In this document: piece after piece, positions 7,912 to 17,400 of the stretch
Layout: the number at the start of each line of letters is the position of its first letter
Numbering within the stretch: position 1 is the first letter of the stretch
Origin: Lentisphaeria bacterium
GTDB lineage: Bacteria; Verrucomicrobiota; Lentisphaeria; Oligosphaerales; Oligosphaeraceae
Assembly: GCA_045606125.1 (NCBI GenBank)
Contig: JAZURH010000342.1
Coordinates: 1-34,488, forward strand
Reading direction: 5' to 3'
Length of the DNA: 34,488 nt
Translations under genes and position numbers: made by a program
Notes under the pieces: generated by a model
Seen by the model: the letters and a program-made list of their open reading frames with translations, nothing else
Database searches by the model: none
What the model was told of the DNA's origin: nothing

Positions 7912-8994
7912 ATGAAAGTAATAGTCATCATGGCCGGCGGTACCGGCGAACGTTTCTGGCCCGTTTCCCGCATAAACAATCCCAAACAGCTCCTTACACT
8001 CAGCGGAAGCGGACAGTCCCTGCTTGAAGAGGCAGTCAGCAGAAGTTCTGCAATAGTCCCCAAAGAAAATATTTTCATAGCAACAAGCCAGCATCTTCAG
8101 CAGGCCATCAAAAATGCGAATCTCGGCATTCCCGAGGAAAATGTGATTGCCGAACCCAGCAAGCGCAATACGGCTGGCTGCCTTATCTATGCGACTGCGA
8201 CCATACTTTCCCGCACAAAGATGTCACCTGAAGAAGTCACAGTAGGCGTACTTACGGCAGACCATCGCATTCCGGATACAATACCCTTCGTGAACACTGT
8301 GGGACGCGCCATGGACGCAGCCGAGCAGACAGAAGGTCTTGTAACAATAGGAATCAGACCCATCAGACCGGAAACAGGCTACGGCTATATTGAAGTACCT
8401 GAAGGAAGCAGCTTGAAAGACGAGCTTATGCCCGTGCAGAGTTTCCGCGAAAAGCCGGATGCGGAAAACGCGGCAAAATACATCGCCTCAAACCGCTTCT
8501 TCTGGAACAGCGGAATGTTCTTCTGGAGACTCAGTTCATTCCAGAATGAATTCGGAAGAGCAAATCCCGTCATGGCAGAAACACTTGAGGACCTGACCGA
8601 GGCCCTGTCGTCCAATTCTCCGGAAAGGGCTGCCAGAATATTTGACGCGCTGCCGAATATCTCAATTGACTATGCCCTCATGGAAAAGGCGAAAAATGTT
8701 TATGTGGTCCCCGGAAACTTTGTCTGGGACGATCTGGGTTCATGGGACGCCCTGGACAGGACCTTCCCCAGGGACAAGGCTGGCAATGTGAGCTACGGTG
8801 CGCCTGTTCTCATTGACACAGCATCCAGCATCGTGTACAACAACAGCAGCGAAATGGCCGTCGGCGTGGTCGGGATGAAGGATGTGATCGTTGTCGTGAA
8901 CGATGATGCAGTCCTGGTAATTCCCAAGGACAAGGCGCAGGATGTACGCAAGCTGGTCATTGCATTGCGTGACCGCGGAGCAAAGCAGCTCTGA
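7912..8994 (+). CDS. Mannose-1-phosphate guanylyltransferase (short NTP-transferase type, no PMI/cupin domain)
   Basis: The N-terminus is MKVIVIMAGGTGERFWPVSR (G-x-G-x-R nucleotidyltransferase signature). Other matching blocks are EPSKRNTAGC, YGYIE, FREKPD, FFWNSGMFFW and DLGSWDAL. SD AAGGAGA lies upstream. Confidence 0.85.
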   Translation: MKVIVIMAGGTGERFWPVSRINNPKQLLTLSGSGQSLLEEAVSRSSAIVPKENIFIATSQHLQQAIKNANLGIPEENVIAEPSKRNTAGCLIYATATILSRTKMSPEEVTVGVLTADHRIPDTIPFVNTVGRAMDAAEQTEGLVTIGIRPIRPETGYGYIEVPEGSSLKDELMPVQSFREKPDAENAAKYIASNRFFWNSGMFFWRLSSFQNEFGRANPVMAETLEDLTEALSSNSPERAARIFDALPNISIDYALMEKAKNVYVVPGNFVWDDLGSWDALDRTFPRDKAGNVSYGAPVLIDTASSIVYNNSSEMAVGVVGMKDVIVVVNDDAVLVIPKDKAQDVRKLVIALRDRGAKQL

Positions 8995-9488
8995 TGTCGG
9001 AAAAATACTGTCCAATACTCAGTACTCTGGGCTATGTACTTTCCCCTGACCGGAAGAAAGTCCTTATGACATACCGGGTTTTCCGGAAGGATGACGACCA
9101 GTTTGGAAAGTACAACGGCCTGGGCGGCCACATGGAGCCAAACGAAGACATTGCCACCTGCATGATACGTGAAATACGGGAGGAGGCCGGCATTGAAGTG
9201 ACGGAAATGACCCTGCGCGGCTCCGTTAACTGGACCAATTTCGGCCCCAAAGGTGAAAACTGGCTTGCCTTTGTGTTCCTGATCACCGGTTTCAGCGGCG
9301 AACCTGCCGCGGAAAGCAATGAGGGTCCGCTGCAATGGGTTCCTGTGGAGAATATCATGGACCTGCCCATGTGGCCCGGAGACAGGTATTTTCTGCCGCT
9401 GGTCTTTGACGATGACCCCCGCCAGTTCCATGCATATCTGCCATATGATCACGACGACCCCATCGGGTGGAACTGCGTCAGGATGTGA
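8994..9488 (+). CDS. Nudix hydrolase, MTH1/NUDT1-like
   Basis: The Nudix box is GLGGHMEPNEDIATCMIREIREEAGI. The KYNGLGGH and WPGDRYFLPLVF blocks resemble MTH1-type oxidised-nucleotide pyrophosphatases. The start overlaps the upstream stop as TGATG (8992-8996). Confidence 0.85.
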   Translation: MSEKYCPILSTLGYVLSPDRKKVLMTYRVFRKDDDQFGKYNGLGGHMEPNEDIATCMIREIREEAGIEVTEMTLRGSVNWTNFGPKGENWLAFVFLITGFSGEPAAESNEGPLQWVPVENIMDLPMWPGDRYFLPLVFDDDPRQFHAYLPYDHDDPIGWNCVRM

Positions 9489-9631
9489 ACTTCCGCTTTT
9501 TCGCCGTGTTCTGTTAGCATTTATGATGAAAAAAAAATCATTTATGCTTTTGTGTTTGAAAAAATGCGTTTATGTTATGCAGAAATCTGTTTGTCATAGT
9601 TTTTGATTGAAGCATAACTGGAGGATATTAT

Positions 9632-10504
9632 ATGAATGTAAGGGGTTGTTATACTGCCATAGTTACTCCTTTCCGCAATGGAAAGGTCGATTTTGGCGCA
9701 CTTGGTGAGCTTCTTGAACAGCAGGTTGCCGGCGGCGTAGCCGGTGTTGTCCCCGTTGGAACGACAGGTGAATCACCCACTCTGGACATGAAAGAGCACG
9801 ACGAGGTAATAGAATTCACAATTGAAAAGATCAACCGCCGCTGCCAGGTCATAGCCGGTACAGGCGGCAATGCGACTTCCGAGGCTGTTCAGCTCAGTAT
9901 CCACGCAGCTGAAATGGGTGCGGATGCGACCCTTCAGGTCACGCCCTACTACAACAAGCCTACCGCGGAGGGCATGTACCGCCATTTCAGCACAGTTGCC
10001 GAGAAGTCCGGCATACCGATAGTGCTTTACAATGTGCCGGGACGCACAGGAAAGGAGATTCCCATTGATGTGATCGCCCGTTTTGACGGCAATCCCCTCG
10101 TAGCCGCAGTCAAGGAAGCCGGCGGCAGCGTGGAACGTGTCAATGCGATCAAGGATGTATGCGACATTCCCGTTCTCAGCGGTGACGACAGCCTGACTCT
10201 TCCCATGATCTCAGTCGGTGCAATCGGTGTCATCAGCGTGGCATCCAATATAATCCCGAAGGATGTGTGCGAAATGGTGGCCAAAGCTCTGGACGGGGAT
10301 TTTGCCGGTGCGTACGCCATACACAAGCGTCTGTATCCGTTCTACCGCGATCTGTTCATTGAAAGCAACCCAATTCCGGTAAAGGCCGCACTTGCCGATC
10401 TGGGTGCCATTGCCGAGGAATACAGACTGCCCCTGTGCGAAATGTCTTCCGGTAACAGAGAGAAGCTGCGTGAGACCATGCGCCGCTGCGGCATCCTTAA
10501 GTAA
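9632..10504 (+). CDS. dapA: 4-hydroxy-tetrahydrodipicolinate synthase
   Basis: Matching blocks are VGTTGESPTL, TPYYNKPT, LYNVPGRTG, VKEAGG (Schiff-base Lys region) and ESNPIPVKAAL. SD GGAGGA lies upstream. Confidence 0.9.
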   Translation: MNVRGCYTAIVTPFRNGKVDFGALGELLEQQVAGGVAGVVPVGTTGESPTLDMKEHDEVIEFTIEKINRRCQVIAGTGGNATSEAVQLSIHAAEMGADATLQVTPYYNKPTAEGMYRHFSTVAEKSGIPIVLYNVPGRTGKEIPIDVIARFDGNPLVAAVKEAGGSVERVNAIKDVCDIPVLSGDDSLTLPMISVGAIGVISVASNIIPKDVCEMVAKALDGDFAGAYAIHKRLYPFYRDLFIESNPIPVKAALADLGAIAEEYRLPLCEMSSGNREKLRETMRRCGILK

Positions 10505-10574
10505 ATGACAAGGCTTTTTTGATGGCGTACTTTTGAGTCCGCCGATCCCGGTCTTTGAAAAACTGGAGAGTTGA

Positions 10575-11267
10575 ATGAAATCCTATTTGCATGCCCTGAA
10601 GGAGGTGTCTTCCCTTCCCATATCATTGGAAAGGCGGCGTCCCGGTGACAGCGCATCGGATTGGCAGCTTGTGCTTATGCGCGGACTGCTTGGTCTTGTA
10701 TGGGGACTTGGCGGTGCGCTGATTGCATGGCTTGTCTCAGGTGAAAAGACGGTTGGCGCCATACTTGGCACTGCCGCAGTCTGCCTGTTGAGGAATCGTC
10801 TTTGTGCCAAGGGCGAAGGAACTGCCGTAGTCGAGCTTTCCAAATGGCTTCTTTCCAATGTCAAAGATCAGGAAATGCGCGGCACCTACAGCAGCCTTGC
10901 TGCTCTCGGCCTGCTTGTTCTGCGTCCGTTCTGCATATATATCCTTCTTCTTCACGGGGTATGGCTGTGGCTTCCCGCAGCTGCTCTTCTTGGCTATGCA
11001 GCAAGCCTTGACTGCGGAAGCATGATCAAGATGGACCAGAGGCACTGGCTGACTGCAGCGGGCATTTCTCTGGTTCTGGGAGCGATAATAAGCAAGACCA
11101 TGCCCAATTATCACGGCATGTTCATATTCTCAATTGCAGCTTCAATTCTCTGCTGGCTGCTGCCCATGGTGATGCACCGTTTCAATCTGAGTTTTTCAAA
11201 GCCGTCCTGCATTTACATTTGCGAGGCAATTGCTCTGATACTCGGTGTGGCTGGCGTGGCCATGTGA
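10575..11267 (+). CDS. Polytopic membrane protein, function unknown
   Basis: This 230-aa ORF has about 5-6 hydrophobic segments, for example LLGLVWGLGGALIAWLV, LAALGLLVLRPFCIYILLL, WLWLPAAALLGYAA and GISLVLGAII. I recognised no catalytic motif. Confidence 0.6.
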   Translation: MKSYLHALKEVSSLPISLERRRPGDSASDWQLVLMRGLLGLVWGLGGALIAWLVSGEKTVGAILGTAAVCLLRNRLCAKGEGTAVVELSKWLLSNVKDQEMRGTYSSLAALGLLVLRPFCIYILLLHGVWLWLPAAALLGYAASLDCGSMIKMDQRHWLTAAGISLVLGAIISKTMPNYHGMFIFSIAASILCWLLPMVMHRFNLSFSKPSCIYICEAIALILGVAGVAM

Positions 11268-11326
11268 AGCGGCAATTTGAGACGCATGCGGTTTTAAACG
11301 CAACAAAAAATTGGCTTTTAAGTCAA

Positions 11327-11359
11327 AACGGCGGCTGTTTATGACGGCCGTCGTTTTTT
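11327..11359 (+). terminator. Putative rho-independent terminator after the membrane-protein gene
   Basis: The stem is AACGGCGGC (11327-11335) paired with GCCGTCGTT (11347-11355), with one mismatch. It runs into a T-tract at 11354-11359. The embedded GACGGCCGTC is itself palindromic. Confidence 0.45.
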
Positions 11360-11375
11360 ATAAACAGGAGAAAGA

Positions 11376-12290
11376 ATGAATTCCATAATAGTTTCCTATG
11401 CGGTCATGGGCCTGGCATGGCTTCTCTGGTCCATGGATCCGATACTGATACGTGTAATAGGGGATGATGTATCCCGTCCTGTTATGGCAGGTCTTTCCCT
11501 GGGAATGGCCGGTCTGATAATGATAGTCCCCGCTATAAAGGGATTTACCCGGATCAGCCGCCGGCGCGATCTGTGGTTCGGCTTCTTCTACTACATAATT
11601 TTTGCCACTGTGATCGCGGATCTTCTCTATGTGATTGCAATTCGTAACCTGAATCCCGGCCTTGTCAGCCTGATTTTGCGTTCCCAGGTCATGATGGCAA
11701 TTCTGTCGGCATGGATATTTTTCAATGAAAAGCCTAACAAATCGGTCATGTTAGGCATGCTTATCGTAATTCTTGGGTATTGCGGGACAGCATATTTCTC
11801 CAATTCAGGAACTGTGCCGACGGAAGACGGCGTAACCAGAAACACGGTTCTGGGATGGCTTTGTGCCATTGCTGCCGCCATGCTGTGGACATCAGGAACC
11901 ATCATGGGCAAGAAACTTATGGAAAATATCAAGTCAAGCCATCTCTGCGGCATGAGAATGCTCACTGCGGGAATAATCACCATTGCGGCCCATATCTGCT
12001 GCGGGGGCGGAGGGGAATACCTGACACTGAGCGGAAAACAGTGGGGCATCATGGCATTGAAATCCCTGTTATGCTCAGCTCTGGCATACGGTCTTTACAT
12101 GTACGGACTGCATCTCTCCCCGGTCACGGCAGCCGCTGCAATAGAACAGGCGGCACCGCTGTTTACCTTGTTTGTGGCGACTTTCTTCCTCCATGAAACA
12201 ATAGCCATGTACCAGTGGTGCACAGTGACCGTCGTATTCATAGGAGCGGCCATAATACTTGTAAACCAGTACAAGCGGGCAAAAATCTGA
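11376..12290 (+). CDS. EamA/DMT-family transporter (10-TM drug/metabolite exporter type)
   Basis: The 304-aa ORF has two repeated 5-TM halves. Typical EamA blocks include IAIRNLNPGLVSLILRSQVMMAILSAWIFFNEKP and AAIEQAAPLFTLFVATFFLHETI. SD AGGAGA lies upstream. Confidence 0.85.
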   Translation: MNSIIVSYAVMGLAWLLWSMDPILIRVIGDDVSRPVMAGLSLGMAGLIMIVPAIKGFTRISRRRDLWFGFFYYIIFATVIADLLYVIAIRNLNPGLVSLILRSQVMMAILSAWIFFNEKPNKSVMLGMLIVILGYCGTAYFSNSGTVPTEDGVTRNTVLGWLCAIAAAMLWTSGTIMGKKLMENIKSSHLCGMRMLTAGIITIAAHICCGGGGEYLTLSGKQWGIMALKSLLCSALAYGLYMYGLHLSPVTAAAAIEQAAPLFTLFVATFFLHETIAMYQWCTVTVVFIGAAIILVNQYKRAKI

Positions 12291-12306
12291 GGATACAAAG
12301 GTTAAT

Positions 12307-14421
12307 ATGGCTCCCCTGCTGCCAATATGGTTCATAGCACTCTGGGCTGCCGCCGCTCTGGCCATAATGCTTGCCGGCTATCGCGGGCTGCGTCTGAACA
12401 GAAGGCGCCTGCTACTGCTTGCCTTGCTTGACATGTCGGTACTCACATGTCTGCTTCTTGCACTGCTGCAGCCAGTTTACAGAAAAAGCAGCCTGCAGAA
12501 AGGAGGATGCAAGATTGTATTGCTGGGAGACTTCTCCGGAAGCATGGCTGTTTGCGACATGCCCTCAGGAATCAGCAGACGCCGGACACTGGCGGATATC
12601 ACGCCATCTCTGCCCGATATAAGAACGGAATACATGGCGTATGCCGGCTCCATGAAACGCGTCGCGGATTTCAGCGGTGACGGCAGCCTGCCGGGGACAA
12701 GTCCGGCAGGAACCCATCTTCTTAAAATCCTTGAGGAATCCGGCAGATCTGTTCCCCTCGCCGCCGTTGTTCTTTTCAGCGACGGGGCAGTCAATGAGGG
12801 GCCATCCCTTACAGAGGCAGCCAAGGAATACAAGCGCCAGGGCATTCCTGTAAGCTGTGTCGGACTGGGTGGCGCATTGGATGTGCCGGATTATTCCGTC
12901 AGATGGCTCTCTCCCATAATGTCCGTAATGCGGGATGAAAACTGCATCCTTTCGGCTATTGTTGATGGCACTGCCCCCGCCGAACTGGAATTGACCTTTT
13001 CCGGAATCGAAGGAGTGATAGAAAAGCGCAAAGTCAGTTTTTCCAGTGCGCCGATACGGATTTCATTTGAAGTCTCTCCCCGAACTGAAGGTGTGCATTC
13101 ATACATGATTGCAGTAGACGGTGCTCCGAAAGAAACCAGAAAGGACAACAATGCCGCCTTTGCCGCGGTGGAGGCAGCTGCCCCGCCAGTGTTCAAGGTC
13201 CTGTCCCTTCTTGCCGGGCTTGACTGGGAGCAGAGATTCATCAATCAATTCGCTGCCGGAAACAACCAGTTTTCTACTGCGTCAATCGTAATGCTTTCAG
13301 AGAAACGCTTTGCCGCAAACGGTTTTCCTGACAATGCAGTTGTCCCGGAAAACAAATTTCCTGACAATTCTGCATTCTATGATAATTTTGACATTGTGAT
13401 CCTGGATACCAGAGCAATTCCAGCACTCGGGGAAAAAGGCATTCTTGCATTAAGGGCATTTGTAGAGAACAAAGGCGGGGGACTTATTGTCCGTGGCCCT
13501 GTCAGTGCAATGCCGTCGGTAATGGCCGATATGCTTCCATCAACAGGAACCGGGCTTGTACAGTCCAAGACTGCTTTGGAATTGAAGTTTCGCACGGATT
13601 TTATTTTCGGCAGAGACAAAACAGGGCTGCTTAACGGAGGACGGGGGGCTTTTCCTGCAGGCGGAGAGGATATTTATTTCCCTCTTGAAGGTCTCAGGAA
13701 ATCCGCCAGGGTAATTGCTGAGCTTGACATGCGGCATGCCGGAGTGCCAATTGCGGCGGGAATGCCCTTTGGTGCGGGACGTGTTGTTCAGACCGGCTTG
13801 GAATCCACATGGAGATGGCACATTTCCGGCAACGGACTTCATGGTGCATGGTGGAGCAATTTGTTTCTATGGCTTGCCGAGGCCGCCAAACCCAGAATAC
13901 GGGAAATGAACGGAAGGCTGACCAGGGCGGGAGAGGAATACCTTCTTGATCTGGCAGTACTGGATGACGATTTTCTACCTGCGCCCGAAGCATCTGTTAC
14001 AGCTCTGATCCGCGGGCCTGACAGTGCCGTTACGGAACTGGTCCTGGAACCGTCCCCTGACGGTGAGGGGCGCTATTCGGCCATCACCTTTCCAGAAAAA
14101 CACGGTGAATACAAGGTGTCCTACAGGATAAAGCTTCCTGAAAGAACTCTGCATAAAGAATCTTTTTTCATGGCATCGTCAGGTGGAAAGGAAATGGAAA
14201 ACACATCTTTTGACGGAACATTGCTCCGCGATGTGGCAAGAATCAGCGGAGGGCGTTATTTTAATGCAGATGAGTACGATATGTCGAATATTCCTTTGTC
14301 GAATAAAGTTCCGAGAGTATATTCTGCTTCATATCCTGCATCATCACGGCTTTTCGCGGTTTTGTTTGTAGTTTCGGCTTTGGTGCTTTGTGCAGTAAGA
14401 AGGCGTTTAGGCTTGAAATAA
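12307..14421 (+). CDS. Membrane-anchored vWA-domain protein (BatA-like) with a GATase1-like middle domain and a C-terminal TM anchor
   Basis: Two N-terminal TM helices are followed by the MIDAS motif VLLGDFSGSM (DxSxS) and then VVLFSDGAVNEG. A ThuA/GATase1-like block reads FDIVILDTRAIPALGEKGILALRAFVENKGGGLIV, and WRWHISG...WWSNLFLWLAE follows. The C-terminal TM is LFAVLFVVSALVLCAV. Confidence 0.75.
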   Translation: MAPLLPIWFIALWAAAALAIMLAGYRGLRLNRRRLLLLALLDMSVLTCLLLALLQPVYRKSSLQKGGCKIVLLGDFSGSMAVCDMPSGISRRRTLADITPSLPDIRTEYMAYAGSMKRVADFSGDGSLPGTSPAGTHLLKILEESGRSVPLAAVVLFSDGAVNEGPSLTEAAKEYKRQGIPVSCVGLGGALDVPDYSVRWLSPIMSVMRDENCILSAIVDGTAPAELELTFSGIEGVIEKRKVSFSSAPIRISFEVSPRTEGVHSYMIAVDGAPKETRKDNNAAFAAVEAAAPPVFKVLSLLAGLDWEQRFINQFAAGNNQFSTASIVMLSEKRFAANGFPDNAVVPENKFPDNSAFYDNFDIVILDTRAIPALGEKGILALRAFVENKGGGLIVRGPVSAMPSVMADMLPSTGTGLVQSKTALELKFRTDFIFGRDKTGLLNGGRGAFPAGGEDIYFPLEGLRKSARVIAELDMRHAGVPIAAGMPFGAGRVVQTGLESTWRWHISGNGLHGAWWSNLFLWLAEAAKPRIREMNGRLTRAGEEYLLDLAVLDDDFLPAPEASVTALIRGPDSAVTELVLEPSPDGEGRYSAITFPEKHGEYKVSYRIKLPERTLHKESFFMASSGGKEMENTSFDGTLLRDVARISGGRYFNADEYDMSNIPLSNKVPRVYSASYPASSRLFAVLFVVSALVLCAVRRRLGLK

Positions 14422-14436
14422 CAGGACGGTTTTCCA

Positions 14437-17400
14437 ATGAAACTTCATCATACATTATGTGCGGCAATTCTGGTTTGCCTGTCTGCATTTGCTTCCGATG
14501 GATGGACTGAACTGATGCAATTCAGAAAGCCTGAAGGCAACCTTGTCTTCAAAATGGCGGGACGCCCGGGTGTCCCCCCGGTGAAACTGCGGATTTCCGG
14601 TGCGGAACGCAAGGCAGTGATAAATATGGGGGACGGGTCATGGAATATTTCATGTACTGATGACAAGGGAACAGGAATATCCCTTCCGGCACCGGTAGAT
14701 CACGGACGGGCGGAAAATGCTTCTGAATATGAAGTCCTGGTAAAATTCCGGGAGGAATGGTGGGCATATTATATAAATGGAATGTTGTGCGGTGAAATGC
14801 AGGCTCCCATGGATCTGGAAGGATGCAGGCTGGAATGGCCGAATGACTCCCGTGTGCAGCTGAGTGCACCCATGGATTTCCAGATAACGGCAAGGCCTTC
14901 GTTCCAATCGGACTTTATGATCGAACCGGGAGCAAAAGATGAATTGCAGCCATGGAAGAAAGAGTACGGCAACTGGCATATACATACGGCCCTGCTTGAA
15001 TCAAAAGACAGGCCCGAGACAGACCAGGGCACAATGAAACGCACGCCGCCATCGGCTGACAAGTCTCCGAATTTCTACTCTCTCAAGGGTGGAGGGAAAG
15101 AAGAGGATTGCCTGCTTACAACAGGAAGCGATCTTTTTGACAACTATACGCTTACGGCATCATTGCAGCCGGAAGGCGGCGAAGCCGGCATTGCATTTCT
15201 GTGCCGCGGAAGCGGAAAGGACACTACATTCTATGCCCTGACTCTGTATCGCGAAAACGACGGTGAAATCAGGCTATGGAAATATGAAAATGGAAAGCGC
15301 ACCAATCTTGTGCGCGTGGCGGTCCCTCTTTATGATAAGCAATGGTATCTGCCCGGCGTCAGCCTTCGCAACGGTGAGATAACAGCTACTCTGGACAATG
15401 CCCTGCTGTTCCGTTACAGAGGACGCATTCCGGCAAACGGCAGAATAGGACTTTTTGCCAAAACACCTGAAGAGACCAGATTTGACGATGTAAAGCTTTC
15501 ATCAAACGGTGATTTTGCGTTGGAAAACGAAAACGATCTGGCGGCAAATACGGTGTTTGCAACGCCCGGCATGGTCCGCCTTGCTGAAAAGCCGGGAGAA
15601 GTGTCTCTGCCGCAAGCCGGTTTTTCATTTAATGTAAAGGCCGGGGAAACAGATGAGATGCTGGCTCTTGGCCGCGCGCATTGTGCCTCGTCTGTGTTTT
15701 CAGCCCGGATTGACAGTGAAAAAGCGGGACTTGTCGCCGGATGGCGTGGAAATGGTCAGCCATATTATGTTTTTCTCAGGACCCGCAAAGGCAGGAATGC
15801 AGATTATGAACTTATACGCTTTGCACCCGGCGGAAAAAGCGTTCTGGACAGGTTTTCCGCGCCATGGCGGGATGGAGACGAGCTTCTTGTGGAAATATCC
15901 GCCTCGGGAATGCTGAAATGCTGCAGCAGCGATGCTATGATTTTCCGCAGGGACGATGTCAAGCCGGGTGCTGCCGGACTTTTCGTTCCTGCAGGTTCCT
16001 CAGCTGAATTCAGTGGTATACTTATGTCCAGAGAGCGTAAAAGGGCCTATGAAAGACTGCAGGAGAACAAGGTCTTTGAAAATGACCCGTTCATGCGTCA
16101 CTGGGCTGCCGCCGAAGGTCAGTGGATAGGCGGAGGCGGTGACATAATGTACCACAAGGGCGACTTCTTCGGCGATTTCAATATGACTCTTCCCTATTTG
16201 GCGGGTGGTGAAATACATTTCGGTCTTGCGGACGGAGCAAAAGAAGGCGCGCTGAAACTGGTTCTGGCTGAAAAGGAAATAAAGATAAGCGGTCCGGACG
16301 AATATACGGAAACCTTTGCGATAGCACCTCAAAAGGCTGACGGAACGATAAATGTGAAGCTGGAAGGCTACTGGCTTGATGTATCCTGTTCCGGTAAACC
16401 CATCATGTCCCGCAGACTGGAGATGCCCCTGAGGGAATACGGAACCAGGGTACTGACCAGGAAATACACCAGCAAAATAATGGAGAAGAGCAGCGTAACC
16501 AGAATGAATGTCATAGATGACTTCTTCAGCGAATCTCCCCATGACTGGCTGGTCAACGGAGGCGACTGGCAGATAATCAACCGTTTTCAGTGTACAGCCA
16601 GCTGGTCCCACATGATAAGCCATTCCCTCGAATCCATGGGCGCATTCTGGCGCAAGCAGCGTTTTGAGGGAGACATGACCCTGGAATTCTATGCCGGGAC
16701 AAGGCATGGCTATTACCACAAAGCAGGCAACATGAACTGCACAATAATGGCAAAAGACAACACTCCGTCCTCCGGCTATACTGTCACATGCTCAGAATGG
16801 GACCATAATAATTCCCAAAACTGGACTGTGCTGTACAGAAACGGCATAAGAATGACCAGATCCGATGCCTACATGGTGCCCCGTCGGCGCATGGGGACTT
16901 ACAGGCGCATACACAATCCTCTTATCGCCAGAGGAAGAGATATTCACGGTGCCTGGTACTATATGAAATTGCGCAAGATAGGCAATAAAATTGAATACTG
17001 GTTTGACGATGAACTGGTAATGACTGCCAATGATGATGATGTGCTCAAAGAAGGTACTTTGGGAATATGGACATTTGACCACAGCATGACGCTGGCCCAA
17101 ATTAAGATCACATACGAAAAAATGGTCAATAAGCAGCATGATGTGAAATTGCTGCCTGCCGAGATACCTGCACCCGCTAAACCTGCCGCCCCTGAACAAT
17201 GGGATGCAACTGCAGGAGGATTCCCGCTTAATGCCATGGAATCAAGATACTGGAAATACAGCGATGCCGTTGCTCAGGGAAAGGCGGAGCAATTTGCATT
17301 GAACACGGACGGCATCATGGTAGTGAACAATCTTGGTGCAGGCGACATGAAAATATCAGCGGAACTTCCCGCTCTGAAACTGGCGGATGTGGCGGGTTTC

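Noticed and set aside
9489-9631. Lysine riboswitch (L-box) upstream of dapA
   Set aside because: The spacer is only 143 nt, very AT-rich, and lacks the conserved GC-rich helices and the AGAGGCGC-type core.
10575-11267. CobS (cobalamin-5-phosphate synthase) identity for the 230-aa membrane protein
   Set aside because: The N-terminal pattern (SSLPISL..., hydrophobic G-rich helix) is vaguely CobS-like. The conserved HLDGLADxxDG motif is absent, so I leave it as unknown.
16000-16719. 239-aa minus-strand ORF (and 19648..20307, 219 aa) inside the giant gene
   Set aside because: Both are antisense to the continuous 1911-codon frame that has a signal peptide and repeated domain patterns. No independent support exists.
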